Positions 35,325-45,859 of a DNA stretch of 64,000 bases are shown here, one piece after another. Below the pieces are notes generated by a model, which worked only from the letters and a program-made list of their open reading frames with translations, had not been told where the DNA came from and did no database searches. The translations under genes were made by a program, and so were the position numbers. The DNA comes from Sphingobacteriales bacterium (GTDB lineage Bacteria; Bacteroidota; Bacteroidia; Chitinophagales; CAIOSU01). Numbering within the stretch: position 1 is the stretch's first letter; every line of letters starts with the position of its first letter. Location: contig JAIXUD010000009.1 of assembly GCA_027483645.1 (NCBI GenBank), forward strand, positions 116,814-180,813, read 5' to 3'.

Positions 35325-38300
35325 TTGTTAATTTTGGATTGGGTTTTGAAAAAGGTATTTAAAAAAATTGGTAAGGTTTTAGGCTATTCCCTATTGGGGT
35401 TAATAGCCTTAATAATTGTTTTGCTTATAATTTTGCGCATACCGGCCGTACAAACCTTTGTGGCCAATAAAGTAACCGCTTACGTTGCCGAAAAAACGGG
35501 CGGATTGATAAGCGTTGAAAGAGTCCGAATCAATTTTATCGACAATGTAATGCTCAAGGGCATTTATGTAGAAGAACCCGATGGCGACACCTTACTATAT
35601 GCCGGTGTATTAGAGGTTGACATAAGCCTATGGCGCATACTGAAACAAGAAATATACATTGATGCTGTAGAACTCTACAATGCCACGGCTACCATATCGC
35701 AATCGCCAGAAACTGGGGAATTCAATTTTCAATACATCATCGACGCCTTTACTGATACCACCACCGTGGTGGACACTACACCAAGTAGTTGGAAAATTAA
35801 TGCTAATAGGGCTTATCTAGAGAACGTAACCTTTGCACTGGATATTGAAGGCTTACTGCTTAAAAGCCACTTTGGTATAGCCGATTTATCGTTGGATGAT
35901 TTGGATTTAGAAACCCAAACCATAGCAGGCGATGAAATTGAGATTTTGGATAGCTACGTATACCTTACGCTTACTACCATAGCTACCGATAGCATGGCCA
36001 TTGATACCGTAATCACTACCGACTCCATCATGAAATTCCCACTGCCCGATATTGGGTGGGCGTTTAGTTTGGATGACCTAAACATGGAGCGGGTACATGT
36101 AAAGCTCGATCAAGCCGGAGCACCAAAGGTAAAAGGATTCGATTACAACCACATGGACCTTACGGACATACAGATTGAGCTGAGCGACTTGGTGTGGGAA
36201 GCCAATTACTTTACCCTCAACATTGATGGCATTTCCTTAAAATCGGCAGACGGAACCGTGATAGAAAACCTATCAGGCTACCTAGAGGCTACCGATAAAA
36301 TGATAACGCTTAGCGACCTAAAACTACAAACACCGGGCATTAGCCTTGATTGGGATGCCAAGATAAATTACAACAGTTTCAACGACCTGGTTACCCTAAA
36401 CCCCACCGTGGGGCTGGAAATAGACCTTACCGAAACCAATATTGAAGTGAGGGATTTAGAACCCTTCCTACCCTTCTTATGGACCGATAGCATACTGGCA
36501 CCAGAAGCCCGAAACGCCCACCTGAACATTGAAATACATGGAGAAGGTACCTTAGGCGAAATGGAACTTAGCCAAGTGAAACTGAGAACCAACTCGGTAA
36601 CCAGTATTGACCTCAGCGGCACCGTAAAGGGATTGCCCGATTATGAGAAGGCAAAATTCAACATTAGCTTGAATGAAGTAACTACTTCATACTTTGATAT
36701 GCTAGCCATATTGGGCGAAATAGGTATACCAAAGGAGCTGGCGGAGTTTGGTATTATCAGCCTATCGGGCGACATCTCTGGCAAAATGGATTCCATAATT
36801 GCCAATAATGTATTGCTGGAAACCGATGGTGTAACCGGCTTGGCAGGTAATATAAAAGCAGTTGGATTGCCCAATATTGATAAAACCCGCTTTGCCATTG
36901 ATTTGGATTATGTGCGCACCAATATGGATGAGGTGGGCCCATTCTTAGGCGACTCTATGCCGGAGATGTTGCCAAAGTTTGGCACCGTAACCTACAGCGG
37001 CACTTTTGAAGGTACCATAACTGACATGGAAGTGAAAGGCCTGCTCACCACCGATTTGGGTTCGCTTACTGCCGACCTAACCGCAACCTTTAATGCTGAT
37101 TACACTCATGCTAAGTACGACGCGCACGTAACCATTGACACCTTCAACTTAGGCAAATTGTTGGATAGTCCCGACCTGGGCACTATAACCCTGCAAGCAA
37201 ATGCTGATGGCGAAGGGCTAAACCTAGATAGCTTACACACCAATATTGATGTGGTGATAATGGAAGTGGAAGCCATGAAATATAAATACCACGATATAAT
37301 CATCGGTGGTAAAATGGATAAAAAGCAGTTTGAGGGCAATATTAAAATTGACGACCCAAACTTGAAATTTGACTTTGATGGACTAGTAAACCTAAACGAT
37401 AGTGCCCAGTCGTTTGGCTTCAATGCTTATTTGGATACCATAAATCTTCATAAACTCAACCTATCAACTACCCCTATGGGCATTAGCCTAACGATGGATG
37501 TAGACCTTACAGGCCTAAGCTCAACCGACATAGATGGGCAGGCCGTTATCAAGGATATTGTAGTAAACGATAGCGTAGTTTCTTACCGAATGGATAGCTT
37601 AATGATAGCGGCTTATGATAGCGACACAGGCAAAACCATCCAGATTACCTCGCCAATATTAAATGGATACATTGCCGGTAAGTACAACATTGAGGCCCTG
37701 CCGAGAGAACTGACTGCCTACATACAAAGCTATGTAAACAATGTAGGCGATAGCCTAAACAAGCCCTATGTGGTGGGTGAGCCACAACAATTCGATTTGC
37801 TATTGACCGTAAGTAATCCACAACCGCTACTGAACTTGGTGGTTCCCGGTCTAATTATGGACACCGCTTCCATCACCGGTAGGTTTGACAATGTAAAGAA
37901 CGACTTAATTATCTCCGCATCTATACCTGATGTGAGCTACGATAGCTTAGCCATAAAGCAAATAACCGTTCGCTCAGGCGGGCGGGGCAGCAGATTTGGT
38001 GCCTTGGTAATACTAGACACTCTTACATACGGGGGAGATGTAGCCATACCTCATACGCGGTTGTTCACTTTCATCAGCAATGACAGCTTACGATATGGGT
38101 TGAGCATGTATGATCAAGACACGTCACTGTACCGTTTCCGGATTGGTGGTTTTATGCAGCAAAACGATGACGAATATTGGTTCTCGTTCGATAGGCCTAT
38201 GATTTTGAACGGCGATACCTGGACCAATCTTGAAGGCAACAAACTGGTAATAGCTCCCGAAGGATTAACCTTTGACCGATTTGGCTTCCAGAACGGTGCC

Positions 38301-40385
38301 CGTATGTTCCAGCTGAACACCCCGGATACGCTGGAAGGTAAGAGCCCGCTGCAGTTAGAATTCAAGAACTTTCCGCTCGATGAGCTCTCGGAGCTAATAT
38401 CCTTTGAAGGGATAGAAGTGGCTGGAACCATCAACGGCAAAGCAACCATATACGATTTAAAAGAAGGGCTCAATTTCATCTCCGATATTAGCATCAATGA
38501 TATTAAAGTAAATGAAGCACCGGTGGGCAACATTACCATTATCGCCCTGCGCAAGGGCCCAGAGATTAACGTAAATATGGCCCTCACCGGTGTAAACCAA
38601 CTACAGTTAAACGGCAAGATAAACACGGAAACCGAAACAGTATCGGGCAAGTTCAACATGAGCCGACTCGACCTAAAGGTAATTGACCCCTTCCTTAAAG
38701 ATATCATCAAAGAAAGCGAGGGATACCTAACCGCCGAAGCCAGCATATCAGGTTCTTACAAAATGCCTGACATCAATGGTTTTGTAGCGTTCAATAATAT
38801 TAGAACCCATGTTGTATTTGCTGGCACCAAGTTTATGCTGCCAAGCAACCGTGTCAAGTTCACGTCCAAATCAATTGACATTGACAAACTGAAGATAATG
38901 GACGCATACAACGAGACCGCCACACTTAGTGGTAACATCTCTCACGATTATTTCACTGACTTTAGGTTCGACTTGAAATTCAATACCAAACAATTTACCT
39001 TCCTTGATTCCAAGCCAAGCTTGGATGAGCTTTTCTATGGTAAATTGGTACTCGGTATTAATGCAGTTATCACCGGCTCGCTAGCTTTGCCCAAAGTGGA
39101 TATTACTACTATTACCAAGAAAGGCACCAACATGACGGTGGCACCGCTCACGTTGGAGGAGGGAATACAGGATGCTTCTTACGTTATCTATTACAACCCT
39201 AACTCGGGTGATACATTGGAAACGCATAAGCGCTACAGCGTAAACTCGCTACCCATTGACCTTACCATGAACTTGCAAATTACCGATGAAGCCAAGTTCT
39301 TTGTACTAATTGACCCCGCTACTGGAGACCAATTGGAAGTAGTAGCGCAGGGCGACCTGGCGGTAAACGTACCCGCCAATGGAAACATATCCATTATCGG
39401 TGGGTTGGAAATAGTAAGCGGCAGTTACCAGCTTACCCAATCGTTTTTAAAACGTAAATTCTCCATTGAAAAAGGCAGCCGTATTGACCTTAGTGGCGAC
39501 CCTATGGATGCAAGGCTCAACATAAGCGCGATATACAAAACCCGCATCAGTACCTATTCCCTTATAGGTGAGCAAGCTACCACACTTACTGCACAAGAGC
39601 AGGCGGCGGCTCGCAAACCAAGTAATGTTGAAGTGGTGCTTATGATGAACGGCCCGCTCTCTAGCCCCATACTATCATTCGATATACGCATGCCAGAAAG
39701 CGAGGGGATTAGCAGCATAGCCGAACGCCGCCTGCAACAGATACGCCAAGACCAAAACGAGCTGAACAAGCAGGTATTCGGCATATTGCTGATGAATAGC
39801 TTTATTACCGATGATGGACTTGGCGGCGGTGGTGGAGTACCCGGCCAAAACGCCGCACTGAAAAGCGTAAGCGGCTTGATAAACCAACAATTAAGCAGGT
39901 TTGCTAGCAAACTAAAAGGCTTTTCGGTTAATGTGGATGCCAGCTCGTACCAAGGTTACACCGCTACCGAAAATGCAAACAATACGGTAACAGAGGTTGG
40001 CCTATCGGTATCGCAATCGTTGTTTAATGAGCGGTTGGAAATAAGGGCCGGTGGCGATGTGAACCTAGAAACCAATACAGGCAATACTAGCCAAGGTAGT
40101 GGCCTTACCCAATGGGCGGGCGACTTTGTGATAGAGTACAAACTAAGCGAGAGCGGTAAGTACAGGGTTAAGGTTTTTAACACTACCGACTATAGCATAC
40201 TTTACCAAAACAACGTAAATCGCACTGGGGTAGGTATTTCGTTTCAGCACAGCTTTAGGAAAATGAAGAAAAAGCTAGCCACCCCAACAGAACCATCGCC
40301 TACAGAAAACGCACCCACACCCGAAGTACCAAACGAACCAACTACACCCACCCCAAGCCAAGGCCCGAAAGAAGAAGAGGAATGA
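35325..40385 (+). CDS. tamB: TamB-like translocation and assembly module protein (AsmA-like, C-terminal DUF490-type region)
   Basis: At 1686 aa it has a single N-terminal TM anchor (GYSLLGLIALIIVLLIIL) and a long beta-rich repetitive body. Its stop overlaps the start of an Omp85-family gene (ATGA at 40382-40385). The TTG start is uncertain. Confidence 0.75.
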   Translation: MLILDWVLKKVFKKIGKVLGYSLLGLIALIIVLLIILRIPAVQTFVANKVTAYVAEKTGGLISVERVRINFIDNVMLKGIYVEEPDGDTLLYAGVLEVDISLWRILKQEIYIDAVELYNATATISQSPETGEFNFQYIIDAFTDTTTVVDTTPSSWKINANRAYLENVTFALDIEGLLLKSHFGIADLSLDDLDLETQTIAGDEIEILDSYVYLTLTTIATDSMAIDTVITTDSIMKFPLPDIGWAFSLDDLNMERVHVKLDQAGAPKVKGFDYNHMDLTDIQIELSDLVWEANYFTLNIDGISLKSADGTVIENLSGYLEATDKMITLSDLKLQTPGISLDWDAKINYNSFNDLVTLNPTVGLEIDLTETNIEVRDLEPFLPFLWTDSILAPEARNAHLNIEIHGEGTLGEMELSQVKLRTNSVTSIDLSGTVKGLPDYEKAKFNISLNEVTTSYFDMLAILGEIGIPKELAEFGIISLSGDISGKMDSIIANNVLLETDGVTGLAGNIKAVGLPNIDKTRFAIDLDYVRTNMDEVGPFLGDSMPEMLPKFGTVTYSGTFEGTITDMEVKGLLTTDLGSLTADLTATFNADYTHAKYDAHVTIDTFNLGKLLDSPDLGTITLQANADGEGLNLDSLHTNIDVVIMEVEAMKYKYHDIIIGGKMDKKQFEGNIKIDDPNLKFDFDGLVNLNDSAQSFGFNAYLDTINLHKLNLSTTPMGISLTMDVDLTGLSSTDIDGQAVIKDIVVNDSVVSYRMDSLMIAAYDSDTGKTIQITSPILNGYIAGKYNIEALPRELTAYIQSYVNNVGDSLNKPYVVGEPQQFDLLLTVSNPQPLLNLVVPGLIMDTASITGRFDNVKNDLIISASIPDVSYDSLAIKQITVRSGGRGSRFGALVILDTLTYGGDVAIPHTRLFTFISNDSLRYGLSMYDQDTSLYRFRIGGFMQQNDDEYWFSFDRPMILNGDTWTNLEGNKLVIAPEGLTFDRFGFQNGARMFQLNTPDTLEGKSPLQLEFKNFPLDELSELISFEGIEVAGTINGKATIYDLKEGLNFISDISINDIKVNEAPVGNITIIALRKGPEINVNMALTGVNQLQLNGKINTETETVSGKFNMSRLDLKVIDPFLKDIIKESEGYLTAEASISGSYKMPDINGFVAFNNIRTHVVFAGTKFMLPSNRVKFTSKSIDIDKLKIMDAYNETATLSGNISHDYFTDFRFDLKFNTKQFTFLDSKPSLDELFYGKLVLGINAVITGSLALPKVDITTITKKGTNMTVAPLTLEEGIQDASYVIYYNPNSGDTLETHKRYSVNSLPIDLTMNLQITDEAKFFVLIDPATGDQLEVVAQGDLAVNVPANGNISIIGGLEIVSGSYQLTQSFLKRKFSIEKGSRIDLSGDPMDARLNISAIYKTRISTYSLIGEQATTLTAQEQAAARKPSNVEVVLMMNGPLSSPILSFDIRMPESEGISSIAERRLQQIRQDQNELNKQVFGILLMNSFITDDGLGGGGGVPGQNAALKSVSGLINQQLSRFASKLKGFSVNVDASSYQGYTATENANNTVTEVGLSVSQSLFNERLEIRAGGDVNLETNTGNTSQGSGLTQWAGDFVIEYKLSESGKYRVKVFNTTDYSILYQNNVNRTGVGISFQHSFRKMKKKLATPTEPSPTENAPTPEVPNEPTTPTPSQGPKEEEE

Positions 40386-42715
40386 GATTAGCGCACTACC
40401 TATTACTATTGATGCTGTGTATTGCTTCGTGGGGATGCAACGTAACCAAGCGTATACCCGAAGGGGAGCTATTGTATACAGGAGCCAACGTGGAGCTGGT
40501 AAACAAAGAGCTAGTTGATAAGCCCAAGGCAACCGCTGGTGAGGTAGAAGACAAGGCACAGCCAACGCCCAATAAAAAGCTACTGGGCTTGTTTTATACC
40601 CGCCTTTGGCTATACCAGCATACCAAAGAGCCCAAAACAAAGGTTAACAAAGAAGGCGAAACGGTTAAAAAGAAGGGTGTCCGCAATTTCTTGAAGTATA
40701 AAATCGGCGAAGCGCCCGTATATATTACTGAAGAAGATATGCGCCGTAGCGAGCTATTGATGGAAAAGTATCTGCGCGAGCGCGGTTATTTCGGTTCCGA
40801 TATTAGCTATGAAATGGTTGCAAAGAAGAAAACCGTGAGCGTAAACTACTACTTTACCTCCAAAGGCCGCCACCGCATTCGCAAGGTATTTCTGCCGGAA
40901 GATAGCTTAATCAACGTAAACAAAATCATTTACGACAACGAAAAATTCTTAAAAACAAAAGAGAATAATTACTACCTTCTAGAGGCACTATCACAAGATC
41001 GCACTACCCTATCAGTAGCTATTCGCGACTCAGGTTATTATGCCTTTAGCCCGGATTATATCTTTTACTACGTGGACACTACCGTGGGCGAAATGCAAGT
41101 TGACGTGCACTTTAATGTAGCAGAGCCTGATAGTGTTACCCGCCACAAGCAGTTCTTCTTTCGCAATGTAATTATCTACCCAGGCTACTCAGTAGATGCA
41201 CCAAACCAAGGCTTAGTGGGCGATACCGTACCTTTTCGCAAGTTTACTTTTATCTATCCTGATACTACCAAATATATACGGTTGAGTGCTATTGGACGTA
41301 ATCTACTCACGATACCAGATGAGCGCTTTTCGCAAACGCGGCACAACCACTCAGTAAGTAAAATGCTTGATTTGGGCGTATTCAAGTTTGTAAACATCAG
41401 GTATGAGCAGGTTGGGCCCGACTCATTGGATGCTTACATATTTATGACACCGGGCAATACCCAATCGATAACGGCGGAGATAAATGCGAGTACCACCACT
41501 ACCAACTTTATCGGTACATTTGCCTCGGTAGGCTACACCAACCGCAACATATTGAAAGGCGCAGAGGAAATGCGCCTAACCCTCTCAGGTGGCATTGAAA
41601 CCCAAACAGGCAGAAGCTCGGCCAGCTTTATTAATACCATTCAGCTCAATGCCGGCTGGGAGTTTTCGGTACCCCGCTTTGTAGTTCCTTGGGGCATTAT
41701 TGCCAACAAAGCCATCCAGTTTACGCCTCGTACCCGCTTTGGGGTTTCATACAACTTCCAGAGTCGTTACCAGTTTTTTAGTTTGGCCTCTTTTGGTGCC
41801 CATATTACTTATGATTGGCGGCGCAACCCTAAGCACCATCACAAGTTTTCGCCCTTGTTTGTGGAGCGTATACGCACGCTGAATATAGCGGAGCAGTTTC
41901 AAGATATTCTGGATGAAAACCCCGTGCTACGTGCCTCGTTCGAAGATGTATTTATCATCGGTTTCCGCCACGTTTACAACTTCTATAATCCCGACCCGCT
42001 AAGGAGTTTTAAGAACTACTGGTACTTTAATGCCGATATGCAACTTACGGGGAACGTGTTTTATGGCATTGGTAAACTAGCCCATGGTAATAGGGATGGA
42101 CAAATCCAATTAACTGGCGTACCCGTGGCACAGTACTTCCGCATCGAAACCGATACGAGGTATTATGACTTTGTGGGGCGAAACAAACAATGGATAAACC
42201 GAGTGATTGCTGGTATTGCTGTGGCATATGGAAATATCGAAACCACGCCTTACATCAAACAATTCTTTAGTGGTGGCTCAGTTGGTATGCGAGCATATAG
42301 ATTTAGGTCGCTGGGGCCGGGTTCTTTTGATGGAACCACCACCACCACTACCTATCCTGACCAAACTGGCGACATAAAGCTAGAGTGGAGTAGCGAATTT
42401 CGGCATCCTATTTATAGCTTCTTGAAAGGGGCTGCATTTGTGGATGTGGGCAATATTTGGCTATTAAAAGAAGATCCACAACGCCCGGGCGGCAAAATAT
42501 CCAAAGACTTCTACAAGGAGTTTGCTATTGGCGTTGGCTATGGCCTTAGACTGGATTTTACGTTTGTGGTTGTGAGGTTGGATGTAGCGTTCCCTGTACG
42601 TAAACCAGAATTACCCGAGGGCGACCGCTGGGCATTTGATGATATGAAGTGGAGGGAAGGCAGCTGGAGGCGCAACAACCTAATATTCAATATAGCAATC
42701 GGCTACCCATTCTAA
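40382..42715 (+). CDS. tamL: Omp85/BamA-family outer membrane protein, lipoprotein form (TamL-like)
   Basis: The signal peptide ends in a Cys (MRLAHYLLLLMLCIASWGC). POTRA-like region and a C-terminal barrel with terminal aromatic (IAIGYPF) follow. It is coupled to tamB. Confidence 0.75.
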   Translation: MRLAHYLLLLMLCIASWGCNVTKRIPEGELLYTGANVELVNKELVDKPKATAGEVEDKAQPTPNKKLLGLFYTRLWLYQHTKEPKTKVNKEGETVKKKGVRNFLKYKIGEAPVYITEEDMRRSELLMEKYLRERGYFGSDISYEMVAKKKTVSVNYYFTSKGRHRIRKVFLPEDSLINVNKIIYDNEKFLKTKENNYYLLEALSQDRTTLSVAIRDSGYYAFSPDYIFYYVDTTVGEMQVDVHFNVAEPDSVTRHKQFFFRNVIIYPGYSVDAPNQGLVGDTVPFRKFTFIYPDTTKYIRLSAIGRNLLTIPDERFSQTRHNHSVSKMLDLGVFKFVNIRYEQVGPDSLDAYIFMTPGNTQSITAEINASTTTTNFIGTFASVGYTNRNILKGAEEMRLTLSGGIETQTGRSSASFINTIQLNAGWEFSVPRFVVPWGIIANKAIQFTPRTRFGVSYNFQSRYQFFSLASFGAHITYDWRRNPKHHHKFSPLFVERIRTLNIAEQFQDILDENPVLRASFEDVFIIGFRHVYNFYNPDPLRSFKNYWYFNADMQLTGNVFYGIGKLAHGNRDGQIQLTGVPVAQYFRIETDTRYYDFVGRNKQWINRVIAGIAVAYGNIETTPYIKQFFSGGSVGMRAYRFRSLGPGSFDGTTTTTTYPDQTGDIKLEWSSEFRHPIYSFLKGAAFVDVGNIWLLKEDPQRPGGKISKDFYKEFAIGVGYGLRLDFTFVVVRLDVAFPVRKPELPEGDRWAFDDMKWREGSWRRNNLIFNIAIGYPF

Positions 42716-42718
42716 GGA

Positions 42719-43423
42719 TTAACCAGCACTTACCGTGCTCATACCGCCATCCACCGCTAACACTTGCCCGGTAATCCAAGTACTTTTTTCGCCGATAAGG
42801 AACGCCGCCATACTGGCAATATCGGCTGCAGTGCCTACCCTACCCAGTGGATGTCGCTTAGCCGATAATTCTATCTTCTCAGGGGTGGAAAGCAACCTAC
42901 CAGCCAACGGTGTATCAGTAAGCGAGGGAGCAATGGCATTAAATCGAATGCCTGCCGCCGCATACTCAGCAGCTGCAGAAACTACCAATCCCTCAATAGC
43001 TCCTTTGGCTGCCGCGATGGAGGCATGAAAAGGCATCCCTTTGCCAACGGCAACGGTACTAAACAATACCACAGATGCACCGCTTGCCTTTTTCAAGGCT
43101 GGTAATAATGCCTGTATGGCTTTTACAGCTCCAAACAAATTGATATTTAAATCACGCTGAAAATCATCCAATTTCAGGCCGTGGAAAGGCTTTAGCGTAA
43201 TACTACCTGGGCAGTATGCCAAACCATGCACCACATCGGGCAATTCTTGTGTTGGGAAGGGCTCGCTCAACACATCCCAAACTAGGTGGGTTATACCTGC
43301 TTCCTCCAACGCCGGGGCATTGTTACGAGATAGAGCAACAACTTCGTGCCCTTCGGCTTTCAACTGCAATGCAAGGGCCAGCCCAATACCTGACGAGCCA
43401 CCCACGATAACGTAATTTGCCAT
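42719..43423 (-). CDS. Short-chain dehydrogenase/reductase family protein, atypical (catalytic Tyr position reads Ile)
   Basis: The cofactor motif is VGGSSGIG. The active-site region FHASIAAAKGA has Ile136 (43016-43018) where Y-x3-K is expected; Lys140 is present. Its ATG overlaps the folE stop (TAATG). Confidence 0.7.
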   Translation of the reverse strand: MANYVIVGGSSGIGLALALQLKAEGHEVVALSRNNAPALEEAGITHLVWDVLSEPFPTQELPDVVHGLAYCPGSITLKPFHGLKLDDFQRDLNINLFGAVKAIQALLPALKKASGASVVLFSTVAVGKGMPFHASIAAAKGAIEGLVVSAAAEYAAAGIRFNAIAPSLTDTPLAGRLLSTPEKIELSAKRHPLGRVGTAADIASMAAFLIGEKSTWITGQVLAVDGGMSTVSAG

Positions 43424-44157
43424 TATAGCTCAATGTATTTTAGAAACTCCTGACGAGTATTCTCGTTTTGAAATTGGCCACCGTAGTAGCTGGTTACCGT
43501 GCTGCTATTAGTATCCTCCACCCCGCGAGATGATACACATAAGTGGTGTGCATCGATTAGTACAGCAACATCCTCAGTATTTAGCGCAGCTTTTAGTTCT
43601 TCGGCAATCTGCATTGTAAGGCGCTCCTGAACTTGTGGGCGCTTAGCGAAGTGTTGTACAATGCGATTAAGCTTAGAAAGACCAATTACCTTTCCAGAAG
43701 AAATATAGGCTACATGCGCCTTACCAATGATCGGTACAAAGTGGTGCTCACAATTGGAGTAGAATGTAATGTTCTTCTCCACCAACATCTGGTTGTATTG
43801 ATACTTATTATCAAACAGCTTCATGGCAGGCTTGTTAGCCGGGTTCAATCCGCTAAAAATCTCCTCAACATACATCTTGGCTACCCTGTATGGGGTTCCG
43901 CTCAGGCTGTCGTCAGTAAGGTCTAAACCTAGCACATCCATTATCTTTCGGAAATGGCCCTCAATTTGCTCAATCTTCTCCGCATCTGTCAGCACAAAAG
44001 CATCGGGGCGCATTGGTGTATCAGCGGCCGTTCCGGCATGGTGGTCGCCCATATCCTCCGCATGTTGCTTTTGTGCAGCGGTTTTCTTTACAGTAACCGA
44101 GTAATTATCAATGGGGGTATTGCTTGTATTAATGGCATGGTCAATAAAGGTATCCAT
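43423..44157 (-). CDS. folE: GTP cyclohydrolase I
   Basis: It has the CEHHFVPIIGKAHVAYI zinc-site block, QERLT, and SSRGV. A ~50-aa N-terminal extension is present. Confidence 0.85.
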   Translation of the reverse strand: MDTFIDHAINTSNTPIDNYSVTVKKTAAQKQHAEDMGDHHAGTAADTPMRPDAFVLTDAEKIEQIEGHFRKIMDVLGLDLTDDSLSGTPYRVAKMYVEEIFSGLNPANKPAMKLFDNKYQYNQMLVEKNITFYSNCEHHFVPIIGKAHVAYISSGKVIGLSKLNRIVQHFAKRPQVQERLTMQIAEELKAALNTEDVAVLIDAHHLCVSSRGVEDTNSSTVTSYYGGQFQNENTRQEFLKYIEL

Positions 44158-44222
44158 AAGGTGTGCTTCAGGTGAAAATACGAGAACAAGAACAATGGCT
44201 ATCTTCTTTTGTTTAATACCCG

Positions 44223-45713
44223 ATGAGAAATATTAAACACTTGCTACGCACCGGAGCCGGTGAAACTAGCTTTGATGTAGTGGTGGCGGGCAGTGGTATG
44301 GCGGGCCTCAGTGCCGCAAGTATGCTGGCCAAGGAAGGGAAAAAAGTATTGGTGCTAGAAGCCAACTACCTACCCGGCGGTTGTAGCAGTAGTTACTACA
44401 GGCAGGGCTACTGGTTCGAAAGCGGTGCCACTACCCTAGTGGGACTTGATGAAAGTATGCCAGTGCATCACATGTTGCAAACTTTAGGCATTGAACTGCC
44501 AGCAGTGCAGCTTCCACTACCTATGCAAGTGTACTTAGACGGCAAAACCATAAACCGATACCAAAACTTGGAACGATGGATTGCCGAGGCAGAGCGGGTA
44601 TTTGGCGCCCAAGGCCAGCGCGCCTTTTGGGAAGAAGCGCATAAGGTGAGCCAACTGGTATGGGGCAGCTCCATTAAGCAACTGGCTTTCCCGCCGTCCG
44701 CCTTAAAGGATTTATGGCAGATGGCCACTCATGCATCGCTCAACCAGTTTAAGAGTTTGCCTTATGCTTTTGGCACGGTAAAAGATTGGCTAGTTAAATA
44801 TGGGTTAATAGATAATGAATCTTTTGTGCGGTTTATTGATGCCCAATTAATGATAACTGCCCAAAATACGCACGAAGAAGTGAACCAGCTTTTTGGCGGT
44901 GCAGCGCTGTGCTACACCAACTATGGCAACTACTACCTGCCTGGTGGCATGATTGCACTTCCCGATGCATTGGTAAATTATATCCTAGCCCATAATGGTG
45001 ATTACAGAAGCCGCCAGAAAGTAGTAAGCGTGGCCAAAACGGCAAGCGGGTATGATGTGCAAACCGAAACACATCAATTTACCTGCAAGTATTTTATCGC
45101 AGCTATACCCCTAAACAATGCGCTGGAAGTGATGACCGACCCCTCCATAGGTGCACGGCATAGCAGCCATGTAATGGAAAGCCCCAAGCTCAACAGCGCT
45201 TTCCAGATGGGTATCGCTTTTAAGCGAAGCCGCACTTATGAGAGCCTTCACCACCAAATACACCTAAGTACACCGTTGCCTATTATTGGTGCTCCTACCA
45301 TATTTATGAGCTTAAGCGACGTAAATGATTTGGCGCGTGCCCCCGAAGGCATGGCTGTGGCATCGGTAAGTACGCATGTGCCCAATCCTGAGGAAATGCC
45401 AGCCTTTGACAAAAGCCAGGTAGAGGATAGCATAATACAAGCCTTGGAAGCCCATGGCTTGCTACAGAAAAATGATATAGTATATCAGTTTAGCTCATCG
45501 CCAAAAGCATGGGAAGATTGGCTATACCGCAAATATGGTTTTGTAGGCGGGTACCCGCAATATAAGAGTATAAAGCCTTGGCAAATGAAAGACGCCAGGC
45601 TGGATGGGAAAGGCGCATACATTTGCGGCGACAGTACCTACCCTGGCCAAGGCATACCCGGCGCCACCCTCAGTGGGTTAATAGCCGCCAACAAGTTGAT
45701 GCTTGATAACTAA
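44223..45713 (+). CDS. FAD-dependent oxidoreductase, phytoene desaturase (CrtI/COG1233)-like
   Basis: The N-terminal dinucleotide fold is VVVAGSGMAGLSAASMLAKEGKKVLVLEA. The C-terminal block is CGDSTYPGQGIPGATLSG. Confidence 0.7.
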   Translation: MRNIKHLLRTGAGETSFDVVVAGSGMAGLSAASMLAKEGKKVLVLEANYLPGGCSSSYYRQGYWFESGATTLVGLDESMPVHHMLQTLGIELPAVQLPLPMQVYLDGKTINRYQNLERWIAEAERVFGAQGQRAFWEEAHKVSQLVWGSSIKQLAFPPSALKDLWQMATHASLNQFKSLPYAFGTVKDWLVKYGLIDNESFVRFIDAQLMITAQNTHEEVNQLFGGAALCYTNYGNYYLPGGMIALPDALVNYILAHNGDYRSRQKVVSVAKTASGYDVQTETHQFTCKYFIAAIPLNNALEVMTDPSIGARHSSHVMESPKLNSAFQMGIAFKRSRTYESLHHQIHLSTPLPIIGAPTIFMSLSDVNDLARAPEGMAVASVSTHVPNPEEMPAFDKSQVEDSIIQALEAHGLLQKNDIVYQFSSSPKAWEDWLYRKYGFVGGYPQYKSIKPWQMKDARLDGKGAYICGDSTYPGQGIPGATLSGLIAANKLMLDN

Positions 45714-45745
45714 ACAGGAACGGCAACTTGCTTCAACTATGGTGC

Positions 45746-45857
45746 ATGGTCTATCGTCCTAAGTCGCCTAATTTAGTGGTCTGTGGTCCGTCGTCCGTGG
45801 TCCATTTATCGTCCATGGTCCTCCGTCCATGGTCCTTCGTCTTTCGTCCTCGGTCCA
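45746..45857. repeat. GGACCA/GGACGA short-word array (reads as TGGTCC/CGTCC on the + strand)
   Basis: It is a run of imperfect 6-9-nt words: tggtctatcgtcc...tggtccgtcgtccgtggtcc...cgtccatggtcctccgtccatggtccttcgtctttcgtcctcggtcca. It ends 2 nt from the stop codon of the minus-strand gene at 45860. Confidence 0.8.
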
Positions 45858-45859
45858 GT

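Noticed and set aside
38114-38746. 210-aa minus-strand ORF inside tamB, with similar shorter ones at 36368-36942, 37106-37423 and 39554-40183
   Set aside because: These are antisense to a long, well-supported ORF. Their composition is Ser/Leu/Pro-rich and lacks features, so they are typical shadow ORFs.
35325-42715. tamB-tamL as a candidate novel system
   Set aside because: The architecture (giant AsmA-like protein coupled to an Omp85 lipoprotein) matches the described Bacteroidota TAM/TamL arrangement. I saw nothing unusual beyond a Pro/Thr-rich TamB tail.
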